A stretch of 64,000 nt of DNA from NCBI RefSeq assembly GCF_006345805.1, contig NC_042998.1:19902001-19966000 (forward strand). The letters run 5' to 3'. The translations under genes were made by a program, and so were the position numbers. Below are positions 12,075 to 25,360 of the stretch, piece after piece. Under the pieces are notes generated by a model. That model was not told the DNA's origin, did no database searches, and worked only from the letters and a program-made list of their open reading frames with translations. This stretch comes from Octopus sinensis (lineage: Eukaryota). Every line of letters begins with the position of its first letter. Position 1 is the stretch's first letter.

Positions 12075-12420
12075 TCTCACTGCACCAAGTAGAAGCACAC
12101 CATAGATGAAATCAAAACAACATCGGAATGACTGAGGGTAGATTCAAACAGAGTTATATTAATGTTAACAACTAGCTTTAGAATATAGAGAAGATTTAAC
12201 AATAGCTTTATCGGAAAACATTTAGCAACTGAAGTAAAATTTTGAACTGGTGATACATTTATGTGTAGGATAAATAAAAGTAAGCCAAATACCAACGGAG
12301 TGTATTTGGAATATCTCTGCGTAATAGAGCACTCTATAAAGACTTCCAAAATTTGACAGGAGCAAGTAGTAAAAGTGTTTCTCAACGACATTTCTATAAA
12401 TAATTTCTTCAACTTCTATC
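12075..12420 (+). pseudogene. Decayed Penelope-like (Neptune-type) GIY-YIG endonuclease fragment
   Basis: Frameshifted translation ...NIGMTEGRFKQSY...TSFR...ALSENI*QLK...SKPNTNG...YLCVIE...SQRHFYK. It parallels the PLE C-terminal pattern YIGxTEGxFKxRY..H..SF...TELSKYIWxLK...KPY.NG..CxLCL.E...KCRH.NK. Confidence 0.65.
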
Positions 12421-12705
12421 AAATTTCGGCACTTGGCATTTATGTATGCATGGTATACTTTCACGCAAAGTGGGAAATTTCAGTCGTGGACCCTCTCGCT
12501 GAAGTCCTTGGAAAGCTGGAAGTGATCGTGGAAAGTTCCACATTAGAGATAGTGCATACGAGGTCATCGTTGGTTAAATCCCATGTAACTATTTTGAATT
12601 ATTAATATATCATTTTGTTCCCTTTATTTCATAAACCGTATTATAAAGTGTCATCATTTTCCGTCCAGATCTCTCCTTCCAATCGTAATATTATTATACG
12701 TGAGA

Positions 12706-12754
<49 letters not shown>

Positions 12755-12758
12755 GTGT

Positions 12759-12789
<31 letters not shown>

Positions 12790-12927
12790 TATATATATAT
12801 AATACATATATTCTAGGTTTCTTTTTAATAGTGGTGATTTCTGAAATAAAGCTCATCACTCTTACTTTATAACATTCATATATATATATATATATATATA
12901 TACAGAGATAGAGAGAGAGAGTTTATG

Positions 12928-13009
<82 letters not shown>

Positions 13010-13494
13010 GTGTGTGTGGTGTGTGTTTATGTGTCAAAGGCTATCATTTCAAATTACCCAAGAAATATCTCCTTTCATGTTTCTGCACATGACAATATTC
13101 CGCATATATTTTTTTTCAATCCCGGCATAAAAGGATCCACTTATGTCATCCCATATCCTTTATTGGTGAAACTGTCAATAACAGATTATTAGCTGAACTA
13201 TTTCATCTGTATTAACACACATAAACTCTTCACATATACATATTAAGCCATCCCGGGTATTCTATGTTATTGAACGATATGCCTATTGTTTGTATATATA
13301 TATATATATGTATGTATGTGTGTGTATACATATATATATATATACATAGTTAATAAAAAACGGAGAAAAAGTCAACGTGGTACTGTAAAGTATTAATAAC
13401 ACGCTCAGAGAAGGAAAGAGTGAGTGGTAGTGTTACCTTTCGAGGAAAGTGCTTCTTTGGAAACAGGAAACAGGAAAGTCCAAAAGAAAAAGGT

Positions 13495-13649
13495 GGCGTA
13501 GTAGTGGCTCTGTGGTAAGGAGCTTGCTTACGAACCACATGGTTCCAGGTTCAGTTCCACTGCGTGGCACCTTGGGCAAGTGCCTTCTACTCGGGGTGAC
13601 CAAAGCCGTGTGAGTGGATTTGGTAGAGAAACTGAAAGAATCCCATCGT

Positions 13650-13710
<61 letters not shown>

Positions 13711-13952
13711 TATACATATATGTGTGTGTGTATGTGTGTATAAGTTTTTGTATCTGTATTTGTCCCTCCAACATCGCTTGTCAACATATGCTGGTGTGTT
13801 TATGTCCCCGTAACTTAGCGGTTCGGCAAAAGAAACCGATAGAATAAGTACTAGGCTTACAAAGAATATGTCCTGGGGTCGACTTGCTTGACTAAAGGCG
13901 GTGCCCCACCATGGACACGATCAAATGACTGAAACAAGTAAATACTAAAAGA
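13495..13952 (+). mobile_element. Composite tRNA-derived SINE family E with internal (TA)/(TG) tract
   Basis: Head GGCGTAGTAGTGGCTCTGTGGTAAG...GGTTCAGTTCC, central CCTTGGGCAAGTG, 3' GACTGAAACAAGTAA. Homologous to 28061 and 29256. Confidence 0.85.
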
Positions 13953-13973
13953 GTATATATACATGTATGCATG

Positions 13974-14015
<42 letters not shown>

Positions 14016-14093
14016 AGAAAAGCAAAAGACGAAGACGGGTGTAGGAAGAGCATGCAAGTATATCAGTTTGACGATCGGAAAAATGGAAAAGTC

Positions 14094-14127
14094 TTTTACA
14101 TTTCGAGCCTACGCTCTTCAACAGAAA
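14094..14127 (-). ncRNA. Degenerate minimal hammerhead-like motif (CUGUUGA core, A6U variant)
   Basis: Minus strand UUU-CUGUUGA-A-GAGC GUAG GCUC-GAAAUGUA-AAAGA. Stem II is perfect, stem I is short, and C15.2 looks CpG-decayed. Confidence 0.4.
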
Positions 14128-14954
14128 TAGGAAATAAGAGAAAAGGAACAAAGAGTATGAAAAAGAACAACGTGCTGATTTCAGCTGACCAGCATGGCGA
14201 ATGATTGGAAAAGAAGTTTGAAAGACAGGGAGATAATAAAGTGCTGGTGATCCCAATTGGATTTGCGCGTGTGTATGTGTATGTGAGAATGGTGTCTATA
14301 AATATGTAAGTCTGTGTGTGTGTGTGTGTGTATGTGTGTGTGTGTGTGTGTGTATGTGTGTGTGTGTGTGTGTGTGTGTTTGTGTGTTTGCAGAACTGTT
14401 AGTCGAATAAATCGATAGCAGGACTTGTTTTTAAAATCTGTAACTTATTCTATCGTTCTCTTTTTCCGAACCCTCTATAAAACGAACACCTAAACACACC
14501 AACACAGCGCGCACTCATGCAAACTCAACACACGCACGCACACATACACACACACACACATGTATATATTCCTATACGCACATATTTCAGTTTGCGTCTA
14601 ACAAATCGACTCCCTGTGTTGCTCGGTCCGAAGTTAGAGTAGAAGACGGCTTACCAAGGTATCCCCTAATGGGAGTAAACATCTTACTAAGCAAGTGAGT
14701 GTGTGTGTGTGCGTGTGTGTTTGTGTGTGGTGTGTGTGTGTCTGTGTGTGTGTGTGTGTCTGTGTGTGTGTGTGTACCATTCAAACCGCTTCAGACCAAT
14801 AAGATTTTGTGTTCGTTCCTTATATTAATGTCACGAAATAATCGTTTTGGTAGCACACTTATATAGATTAAGTAGACAAAAATGTATGTATGAAAAAAAA
14901 AAAAAGATATATATATATATATATACATGCATATATATATACATAAATATATAC

Positions 14955-14998
<44 letters not shown>

Positions 14999-16588
14999 TA
15001 ATATATGTAAACGCATATATATACATGTATATATATACATGCATATATATAATACATAAATAATATACACATATACATATATATTATACATATGTATACA
15101 TATGTGTAAACGCATATATATATATATATATATATATATACATTAATATCGATATTGATATCAGAAGAGGCAAACACGGCTGGAAAACAAATCAAACCAA
15201 ATTAGTCGGACAGAAAATAAGAATCAGATTCCATTTCCATAAGTGACATTTTGTCAAATAAGAATTAGCAACCTTTGTCTCTTTACCTTCGAATGATAAT
15301 GACTGCAATTAATATGTCTGAAGTGAATAAAAATTATTTTTCATTAGTATTATTTGGGCAATCTCTGATAATACTGATGGAATTATTTTCGTCTCGTAGC
15401 ACTCTCCTAGCCTAGGTGGTTTCATATGACTAGCATCGTTCCATCAGTAATGTATTTTTTCAATGTTAGTACTTTTTCAATGTATAGGAACAAATATGTG
15501 CCAATGTACAGGAACCAATGTTTAAAGTATTTTTTCAATGTATAGGAATAAATTTTTATATATAAGGGAAACACACGTACATATACTTTATTGAAAACTG
15601 GTGAAATTGTAGTATAAAGATGTACCGTGGAATATGGTTAACTTTAACATTTTTTGCCTGGGATCTTAAGTTTTACGCATTATTATAGCTTTTTATTTCA
15701 TAACAACTAGTTAGAGAATGATGAGTTCATTTTGCCAGAAAAGAGCAGAAACCACACAATATTAGGCATAAAACATTATTTGAAATAAGGAATTATCACT
15801 CTCTAGTTCGAATCACAAATCCATCTCTTGTAGTTATTCTTAATCATCACTTTCGGATGATGATGATATGGCCGAGTAAAAATTATTTGTGATTCCATTA
15901 CAAAAAAATGTAATGATTAAAACCAACAGCTCAATGAAATAAAAGAAACAGTTTCAACTTTTGAAGCATCTTGCAGCTTGAAGGTATATGTTTTTACGTC
16001 TGACTTTTTTAAACTTTTAGCATTTTGCCGTCTTATAATTTCTTTTAATTTCTAATCCTGCCAAACAAAGATTATGAAGAAATTTCCATTGTAATAATCA
16101 CGGCCACTAGCAGAAATCCTGTCACATATATATATGTTCGCGTGTGTATATATATATATATATATATATGCATACATACGTGACTCCAAAATATGCATAT
16201 TTTAACACTTTTATTAATAGGTATTAACATACTGGCTCTCTAAGTCTCATCTTGTTAAAGATATTGATAAAATTCGGAATCGATACAAATATGAAAAGTA
16301 AACGTAAAGTCAATATTTGAGCTTATTATCAAAGAGCCAGAAAGAAACACTTTCTCTTCAACACAAAAGTATTACATTGTTCAAAGTCAAAAGCAAGCAA
16401 AAAAAAAAACAATGGAAAAGTGAGCGCACTACTGAAGTAATATGCAATTCCAGCGCAAATAAGGAACTATAAATTCCGTTAATAAAATAGCTACATTCTT
16501 CATAAAAGCAACGCATACCTCGCTCTTTTCCATGCATTTTCTACATAGATATTGCAACACTACATTCCTCAACATGTAATAAAGGTGC

Positions 16589-16669
<81 letters not shown>

Positions 16670-16837
16670 AAAACACAGTAGATAATTGTACAATACTATA
16701 TGCAGAAATCCAGAAATTGATAATAAAAATATGTCCAAAAGCCATATAACGATGCTGAATTTAACTTTTATATTAGGCTTCGAAAAGAAAGAAAAATTGC
16801 TCGAAGACATTCTTTCCAGAATATTTCCGCTCTAGAA

Positions 16838-17300
16838 AGACGGCGAACCGACAGAAACGCTAGCACGCCGGGCGAAATGCATAGCTGTATTTCGTCTGCC
16901 GTTGCGTTCTGAGTTCAAATTCCGCCGAGGTCGACTTTGCCTTTCATTATTTCTGGGTCGATAACTTAAGTACCAATTGCGGCCTGGGGTCGATGTAATC
17001 GACTTGATCCGTTTTCTCTGTCCTTGTTTGCCCTCTCTGTGTTTGGCCCCTTGTGGGTAGTAAAGAAATAGGTATTTCGTCAGCCGTTACGTTCTGAGTT
17101 CAAATTCCGTCCAGGTCGACTTTGCCTTTCATCATTTCGTGACCGAAAAATTATGTACCAGTGACGAACTAGGGTTCGATGTAATTGACTTAATCCGTTT
17201 GTCTGTCCTTGTTTGTCGTCGCTCTATATTTAGGCCCTTGTGGACAATAAAGAAATAAGAAGCATTAACATGTCGGCGAATTGCTTCGCGGTATTTCGTC
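16838..17300 (+). mobile_element. Dimeric SINE family B (head + body + partial head + body)
   Basis: The body GTTCTGAGTTCAAATTCCG...GGTCGACTTTGCCTTTCAT occurs twice (~16907 and ~17092). Confidence 0.85.
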
Positions 17301-17342
17301 AATTTGTTTGTTTGTTGTTCAAACGTTTTCTCCATGTTCTCC

Positions 17343-17377
<35 letters not shown>

Positions 17378-17381
17378 CATG

Positions 17382-17433
<52 letters not shown>

Positions 17434-17443
17434 CCACCACCAC

Positions 17444-17655
17444 CACGTGACCGACCAGACCATCAGATGCAGTTACACATCGCTGGTCACAATGCGTTCG
17501 CATTGTTTTGCCTTCGAACGACGCCACCCCGGTGGCTAAGCGAGCAGGCCGACAGAAGAAGAGTGGGAGAAAGAGTGGTGAAAGAGTACAGCAGGATCAC
17601 CACCCCCTGCCGGAGCCTCGTGGAGCTTTTTTAGGTGTTTTCGCTCAATAAACAC
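17444..17655 (-). mobile_element. SINE family A, headless copy
   Basis: Reverse complement of the 17990-18167 region. Confidence 0.8.
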
Positions 17656-17678
17656 TCACCACCACCCTATAGTATATA

Positions 17679-17787
<109 letters not shown>

Positions 17788-17819
17788 ATATATATATTAT
17801 ATATATATATATTATATAT

Positions 17820-17894
<75 letters not shown>

Positions 17895-17902
17895 TATATA
17901 TA

Positions 17903-18160
17903 AGTGGAGGCGCAATGGCCCAGTGGTTAGGGCAGCGGACTCGCGGTCGTAGGATCGCGGTTTCAATTCCCAGACCGGGTGTTGTGAGTGTTTATTGAGC
18001 GAAGACATCTAAAAAAACCTCCACGAGGCTCCGGCAGGAGGTGATGATCCCTGCTGTACTCTTTCACCACTCTTTCTTTCACTCTTTCTTCTGTTGGCCT
18101 TCTCTCTTGGCCTTCGCATTGTGACCAGCGATCTGTAAAACATCTGATGGTCTGGTCGGT

Positions 18161-18167
<7 letters not shown>
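17903..18167 (+). mobile_element. SINE family A, full length
   Basis: GTGGAGGCGCAATGGCCCAGTGGTTAGGGCAGCGG (A box) ... GGTTTCAATTCCC (B box) ... GGTCACGTGA(TA)n. Confidence 0.85.
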
Positions 18168-18192
<25 letters not shown>

Positions 18193-18553
18193 TTAACTTT
18201 GTATATAGTCAGACACATGTAGAAATATAAGTGCATGTATAAGTATGTATATAAGCCCATATGTTTACGGATATTTGAGTGGATGATACAGTACTGGCTT
18301 TTTCAGAATGTCAATTTCCCATCAAGGAAATCCTGGACGGTAATTTATAGAAATGAAAGTAAATGTATGATGGAAATATTTTTTAATAAAAAAAAATACC
18401 TTTCGAAACTTTTTCTCTGAAAAGTTGTCTAGTTGATACAATTAACGGGAATGAATATACATATAAATGTACAACATTATATAATGTATGCATATTTATT
18501 TATGTGTGTGTGTATATCTGTATTAACGCTCACAGTCGTATATGCATATGAAG

Positions 18554-18595
<42 letters not shown>

Positions 18596-18750
18596 GCGTA
18601 TGTGTGTATGTGTGTAAATGTATATAGATATAAGTGTGTCTGTATGTATATATATATTAATATATATATATATTATATATATATATATATATTAATATAT
18701 ATATACACCACACATATATACATATATGTATATATATATTATATATATCG

Positions 18751-18782
<32 letters not shown>

Positions 18783-21274
18783 TTTTATATATATATATAT
18801 ATATATATCTATATATATATATAATATATAAATATATATATTATACACACATATATATATAATTAAAATATATCATTATGTATGTATGTATGTATATATA
18901 TGTAAACCTGGATACGGATATTACTTCTGCTTCATAACACTAGATATAGGAAAAATACATGCCTTTAAGCTGAAATTTTTGTTAAAGTTCGCTATAATTG
19001 GAAGCCCGTAAAATAAGCTCTAGAAACTTTGTAACGTGACATTTTCAAATGTATTTACTAATTTCATCAGATGTGAAGTGATGTCATACAACATTATCGA
19101 CAGTTCCGATATTACTGGAAATGCATGATGTATCTTTTATGAAGCATAATTCAGTTTGCTAAATTCATTTCCCACTTTAAACTCAATCTCTTGTACTGGT
19201 TTCCTGCGAAATGAAATGTCAGTTTGATATTTCTCCCAGAAACGGGAAGCATTAAGTTTGATGCGATATAGTTGCATCGACAATCTCTCTTTAACTATGT
19301 GAATTCAATACTGTTGCACTATTATATTTAAGTTTCCTGTTATACCGCATATATGTCTGACATTATTAAGGATATTTTTTTATTTTTACGTGTAATGTCA
19401 GAAGTGTGTCTGTCGTCTTGAAATTTCAAGTTTAACGTCTGAAAAAAGTACTTGCTACATATTATTATAATTTCTACAATCAACCGGCTACAGTTATAAA
19501 CGTATCTTGCGGGGAACTGAAAAATTGCATGCATATTCACTAGAGCAGGTAAAAACAGCAGCCGCATCTGTTCCAGTCACTCACTTCTGATTTAATAAAC
19601 GGAAAAATAATATATATCAGAATGATGCTGATTTGGTTTCAATGTGTTTGAGAGAAAGATTTGACGATCACCACATGAGCGCCTTCTACCCTATTAAGTA
19701 TCATATAATGTTACACAGCAGCACCAAAACAGCAAGATATGAAATATTTTATATCTAATTGTCCTTTTCAATAACATGTTTTCTCTATTTATCATTCTCT
19801 TCCAAGTATAAATCATTTAAGCGTTATGTAAGCATTTATCGAACAACAATTCATGAAAAAAAAGCTCAAACTCAAACACACTGCTTGGTTATCAAGCATC
19901 AGAATAATGATTAAAAATAGTAACGATTTTGTTGTGTCTGGGGAGAGTCATTTTCTTTTGGTGCCTTATAATGTAACACACATACCAGCATAATTTCCAC
20001 TTATTTCTTATTTCTATTTTCCAAATTATAAGGCACGAAAAGAAAATGACTCTCCCCAGACACAACAGAATATGCTTCAACACACGAACTCATATAAGGA
20101 ATCTTGCAAACCAAATCCAACAACTAACGATTTTATTATCTCAATTAATCAGTTAAGGTGGAAAGTTGGAGTATTTTCAATCTTTAAGTTCACTTTGTAT
20201 TTTAGGATAATCAGCGTTATTAATCTGGCAGCCTTTTCAGATATAAAGATCGTTGTCATAATATTCCAGTCATTCATATTCGTTTACATGAGACACACCA
20301 GCAATTGCTGTCTTTATTCTCCCTCAGAGGGATTCATAATATATTTTTAAAGGTAGAGACGAACAATTTTGGCGCTTAACTAAGTTTATATTGGCTGTGA
20401 CTTTCAGGTTTTTTTTACTTCGAGAGAAAATAGTTTGGATATTTATATAATATTATTCAAATTTTCATATTAGTAGATGGTTTGATTAATTCAAAGGCGA
20501 TCTATTGTTGCATATTTCTAAATAGTATAAGCAAGACATATGATAATATAATTCTGATACAAGATTAGGGTAGCCGACACAGTAACAATAACGTAAATGA
20601 TTCGTTGTAGCATGACGAAAATGTAATCAATCACTCTCTAAACGACCTGACATCATATTTCGGGTTTCAAAGACCTTGTCTGATAGAGAATAATGTATAT
20701 TCATAAAAAACGTGTTACTTTGCTAACCTCATTGATTGTTTAGATATCTAAAACAACATATTTCATTAAATTTTTAAACAAATTACAAAAAGGAAATTAG
20801 AAATAAACAAGATACCGAGTAAATAGAATAATTGACATATTTCTCTGGAATCTGTCAAAATGGTTCCAAAGCTAATTAACTTCCATACAAATGATTTTCT
20901 CCTAAAATCAATACTCGCAACGACGTTCGGTACATTGCTCGCATTTCCTGGCTTCACAAGGTTGGAATTATAGACAAAATGCATATATACTTGCTACTGA
21001 TTTAAAGTTGATGGCAGGTTGCTATTTTTTTATAACGATTAAACAAATATCTCAGATATTCATAATATGATACAAACTGGATTAATTATTACCTAGCTTA
21101 TATAAATACGCATGATTTCGACTAGTTCTCGATAAATGTTTACATAATCACAAGCGAATAGGTGTAACAGTGAGACACAAACTTTTTGATAACATACTGT
21201 TTATCCATTTTGATTATAGTATTATGTTTATGTGTTACTATATACACACATACACACACATACATATACACACA

Positions 21275-21319
<45 letters not shown>

Positions 21320-21481
21320 CACACACACACCGGAGCGATCAAGATTAATCAGGCGAAATTGCGAGGATGATCCGGTTCTTGACTGAAGCTTAGAGGCTTC
21401 GAATGACCCGTCCGTTTTTTGTGTCGTCTATTTGTATGTTTTGCGTTCTTGTCCCATTTTGTATTTTTATATATATTTTTT

Positions 21482-21544
<63 letters not shown>

Positions 21545-21550
<6 letters not shown>

Positions 21551-21775
21551 CAGGAGTAAGCACATACATGTGAAACAAGGTGGAAACAAGAATACTCACA
21601 TAACAGAAGTAGAGTAATATGCTTTATATAAAAGCCGCAGAAATATAACAAAAGCTGCTACACAGAGTTTCACGTTCCCGTTCGTTGGACAGTTTTGTAA
21701 CAAACCTGTCCGACGACGGGAACGTGAAACTCCGAGTAACATCTTTTGTCATATTCCTGCTACTTTTAAATAAAG
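21545..21775 (-). mobile_element. PLE-type terminus with inverted duplication (arms ~21621-21692 / 21706-21775) and two decayed hammerheads
   Basis: Plus strand CUGU-CCGACGA-CG GGAA CGU-GAAAC UCCGA GUA-ACAUC; the minus copy has CCAACGA. Flanked by (TA)n on both sides. Confidence 0.7.
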
Positions 21776-21947
21776 TGTATATATATATGTATATATTCGG
21801 TTAAGTAATTGAGATTCAAGTGAATTCTAAAGAATTCACATGAATATGGTCCTTAACTAGGATGCACCGGAAATCTATATGGTGTTAACCATACGACAAG
21901 TGGGGTGATTACAAATAGGAAAAAAGCAACAAGAATGGATTAAAATC

Positions 21948-22031
21948 TCGGTACGATCGTTTCGTACGAGGACATCTTTAATAAGCTACAAAAAATGCAG
22001 TGAATACAGATGGCTCGTACTCGTCAGCCGA
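21948..22031 (-). ncRNA. Type-I hammerhead ribozyme (intact), left copy
   Basis: Exact reverse complement of the motif at 22679-22762. Confidence 0.9.
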
Positions 22032-22678
22032 AAAAACATCAGAGAATTCCAAACATCAAAATGGGGTAGATACAAAAGAGGTTGTAAGATTAACTGCATT
22101 GAAGAAAGTTCGATTCATGGAGATCCGATGAAAGGTTTTAAACTTACAGAATTTGTGCATGTCTACATATAGCTCATATTGAATTTTTAATCAAGTTGTG
22201 TGAAGAAATTTTCGGATACAGTCATGCAAAATTTCTGAAAATCCGAGTAAGAGGCAAAGTGACTGCCATATCATGTAGAGGAAAGTCTGAGTAAAAGCAA
22301 AGTGACTGTCATATCGTGTAGAGGGACAGATTGTTATTGAAATTTACATTCTTGCGATTCTTGTAAATTTCAATAACAATCTGTTCCTCTACACGATATG
22401 GCAGTCACTTTGCTTTTACTCAGATTTTCCTCTACATGATATGGCAGTCACTTTGCCTCTTACTCGGATTTTCAGAAATTTTGCATGACTGTATCCAAAA
22501 ATGTCTTCACACAACTTGAGTAAAAATTCAATATGAGCTATATGTAGACATGCACAAATTCTGTAAGTTTAAAACCTTTCATCGGATCTCCATGAATCGA
22601 ACTTTCTTCAATGTAGTTAATCTTACAACCTCTTTTGTATCTACCCCTTTTGATGTTTGGGAATTCTCTGATGTTTTT

Positions 22679-22762
22679 TCGGCTGACGAGTACGAGCCAT
22701 CTGTATTCACTGCATTTTTTGTAGCTTATTAAAGATGTCCTCGTACGAAACGATCGTACCGA
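22679..22762 (+). ncRNA. Type-I hammerhead ribozyme (intact), right copy
   Basis: UCGG-CUGACGA-GUACGAG[CCAUCU..CUGCA UUUUU UGUAG..AGAUGUC]CUCGUAC-GAAAC GAUC GUA-CCGA. All core nucleotides are canonical; palindromic stem III ACGAUCGU; GUA cleavage after 22758. Confidence 0.9.
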
Positions 22763-22821
22763 GATTTTAATCCATTCTTGTTGCTTTTTTCCTATATATG
22801 TATATATATATATATATATAT

Positions 22822-22879
<58 letters not shown>

Positions 22880-22924
22880 TATATATGTGTGTGTATGTAT
22901 GTATGTATATATGTATGTGTGTAT

Positions 22925-22963
<39 letters not shown>

Positions 22964-23014
22964 CATATTATATACATACACACATATATATATATATACA
23001 TACACATATATAGG

Positions 23015-23072
<58 letters not shown>

Positions 23073-24496
23073 TATATGTATATATGTATATATATTCAGA
23101 AGGTGCGAATGAGAGTGATTCATATATGATATGTATGTGTATGTTTGTGATTTTATTTGTTTATATATGTGTCTGTGTGTGAGTCAGCGTGCTTACAAAG
23201 CAATATTGATAGCTTAATAAATTCTGTTCTCGAGTACGACGAATCCATTCAATTATAGTGCGTATCATAACATTCAATATAAAAGTTGCAACAGTGTTGA
23301 AGCAAAGAAGTGTATGTAAAAATTGAAGTCCATCAAATGCGTAATTAGCCACTACAAAATCGTAACAAAATATTTCTTTTCTCATCCTTATTGAAGACAT
23401 AACGTACTTAACGAGCAGTGTCAAACATACACCTTACAAATATCGTGAAAAATGAACATTATGTTGCCTCCATGAAGTAGTTAAAGGTCTGATTCATTTT
23501 CGCCTTCATTTATTATATTTGTAAAATTACTTACATAATAAACATACATGGTGTAGTAGAAATTTATATTAATATAGAAGACCTTTATATTTTTCATCCA
23601 TTAAAATACATATAAATGATCGTGCAAAATGCTTCAAAGTGCTCTTTAAGCTCTGAACTCAAAGAACGGTACAGTCATCTTTGCCTTTCAACCATTTGAT
23701 GGTTGACACAATAAACTGCTAGCCATGTACTGAAGTTGATGATTTAACCAAGCTCATTCTCATCAAATCTACTGAAATTGTAGCTAAATTATGAACATTG
23801 AGATTCTATCACAAATTTAAATATATGTAAACTTAACAAATGATTAATACTGAAAATGCTGGCGATGTCGTCTCAATGAAATTAATTAAGTTAATATTAA
23901 ATTAATATTAAATTAATGTAAAATCAGTTTTAGACGGAGAAACTTAAATCGTAGAGAAAATTTATTTTGAAATCTGCTAATTGCCTGCTATAATATTAGA
24001 ATTACTTTGGCTACGAATAAAATCAGTGTTGAATATATTAATGGAAATGTATATTTGTCTTAGCTTAACAAAAACAAATCCTCTGAAAGTTGTGTGTATA
24101 AATTATAATGTATTACAAGAAAGTTAATCTCTGTTATAATAAATGTTACATTTCTCCACTCGATATATGGCATATTTCAAAATTAACGTCAAATAATTAA
24201 CAAGAATGTTCTAATTATTTTCATGATGGTAATGAAATATAGTTCAGATTAAAGATCATTTACAAATTGGATAAATCTATTGAATGTTGGTTCTACATCT
24301 GTGAAATGTAACACTAAATTAAATAAATGTTCACTAGTAGAAGAAATGAATGGGGAAGAGTTCTAATTTCAATTTAAATGAAAAGCACGTTATTTTAATC
24401 CGTTAAATTCATTATTTGACGATCTATATTTAAGAGATGAGGAATTATGTACATTACTTACATTTGACGAATATTTGTCCCCATCTTCTTTTGTTG

Positions 24497-24539
24497 TTAA
24501 CACAACGTTTCGTCGGATATACCCTCCAGCCTTCATCAG
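24497..24539 (-). ncRNA. Degenerate minimal hammerhead
   Basis: CUGAUGA-A-GGCUG GAGGGUAUAU CCGAC-GAAACGUU-GUGUU; stem II is damaged and the 5' strand of stem I is missing. Confidence 0.55.
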
Positions 24540-24552
24540 ATTCTGGCAGTGA

Positions 24553-24783
<231 letters not shown>

Positions 24784-24831
24784 ATCGAAAAATACCTTAG
24801 GAATGAGAACCCAGGTTCGAAATTTCCCCAA

Positions 24832-24877
24832 GACACCTGATGAAAGCTAGAGGGTGTATCAGCCGGAATATTATGTT
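24832..24877 (+). ncRNA. Degenerate minimal hammerhead (same family as 24497-24539)
   Basis: GACAC-CUGAUGA-AAGCUAGAGGGUGUAUCAGCC-GGAAUAUU-AUGUU; the GAAACGUU segment is decayed. Confidence 0.5.
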
Positions 24878-25132
24878 AACAACAAACATGATGAGATCCA
24901 TTAAATATAAATAATGTAAATAATGCATTATTTAACGTATTACCAGCTTTGAATATGTTATGATCGATATAGATGGATAAATTCATATCTTCAATATTCT
25001 ATTTAAAAGTTACGTTTCTAAATTTGTTTTGCAAAATTCCTGTAGTGAAGTCGTATGTTCAAACAGATATTGTTGCATTTCGGGATAGTTATCTTTCTTT
25101 TGCCAAATAAACACACACACACACTATATATA

Positions 25133-25174
<42 letters not shown>

Positions 25175-25223
25175 CATAATTAAATCTCAGAGTGAGATTG
25201 AAACAGTAATCGCTGGATAATGT

Positions 25224-25360
25224 AAAGTATAGAAGCCATCTTATCATGGCTAACCACATTGGGGAGGGGGTGCCAGCTAAAGACGAAGATCTCTTGGGGC
25301 TATAAAGCTACAGTAACACCCCCTCCCCAATGTGGTTAGCCATGATAAGATGGCTTCTAT

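Larger units (their letters stand above)
21797..22795. mobile_element. ORF-less element forming an ~880-bp palindrome (21915-22348 / 22362-22795) with unique minus-strand tail 21797-21914, between (TA)n tracts
   Basis: Arms are reverse-complementary with roughly ten differences by eye; 13-nt loop; internal ~40-bp direct duplication in each arm. Confidence 0.9.

Noticed and set aside
16290-16365. Possible decayed CUGUUGA-type hammerhead on the minus strand
   Set aside because: Core and GAAAC are both mutated; only a 3-bp stem II is visible.
17903-17975. tRNA gene candidates (also 32491, 44288, 53184, 29256)
   Set aside because: They have A/B boxes but no complete cloverleaf and run into SINE bodies; they are SINE heads.
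21360-21412. GAAGC/GCTTC hairpin with GAA as a hammerhead
   Set aside because: No CUGANGA-like core in register and no stem I/III.
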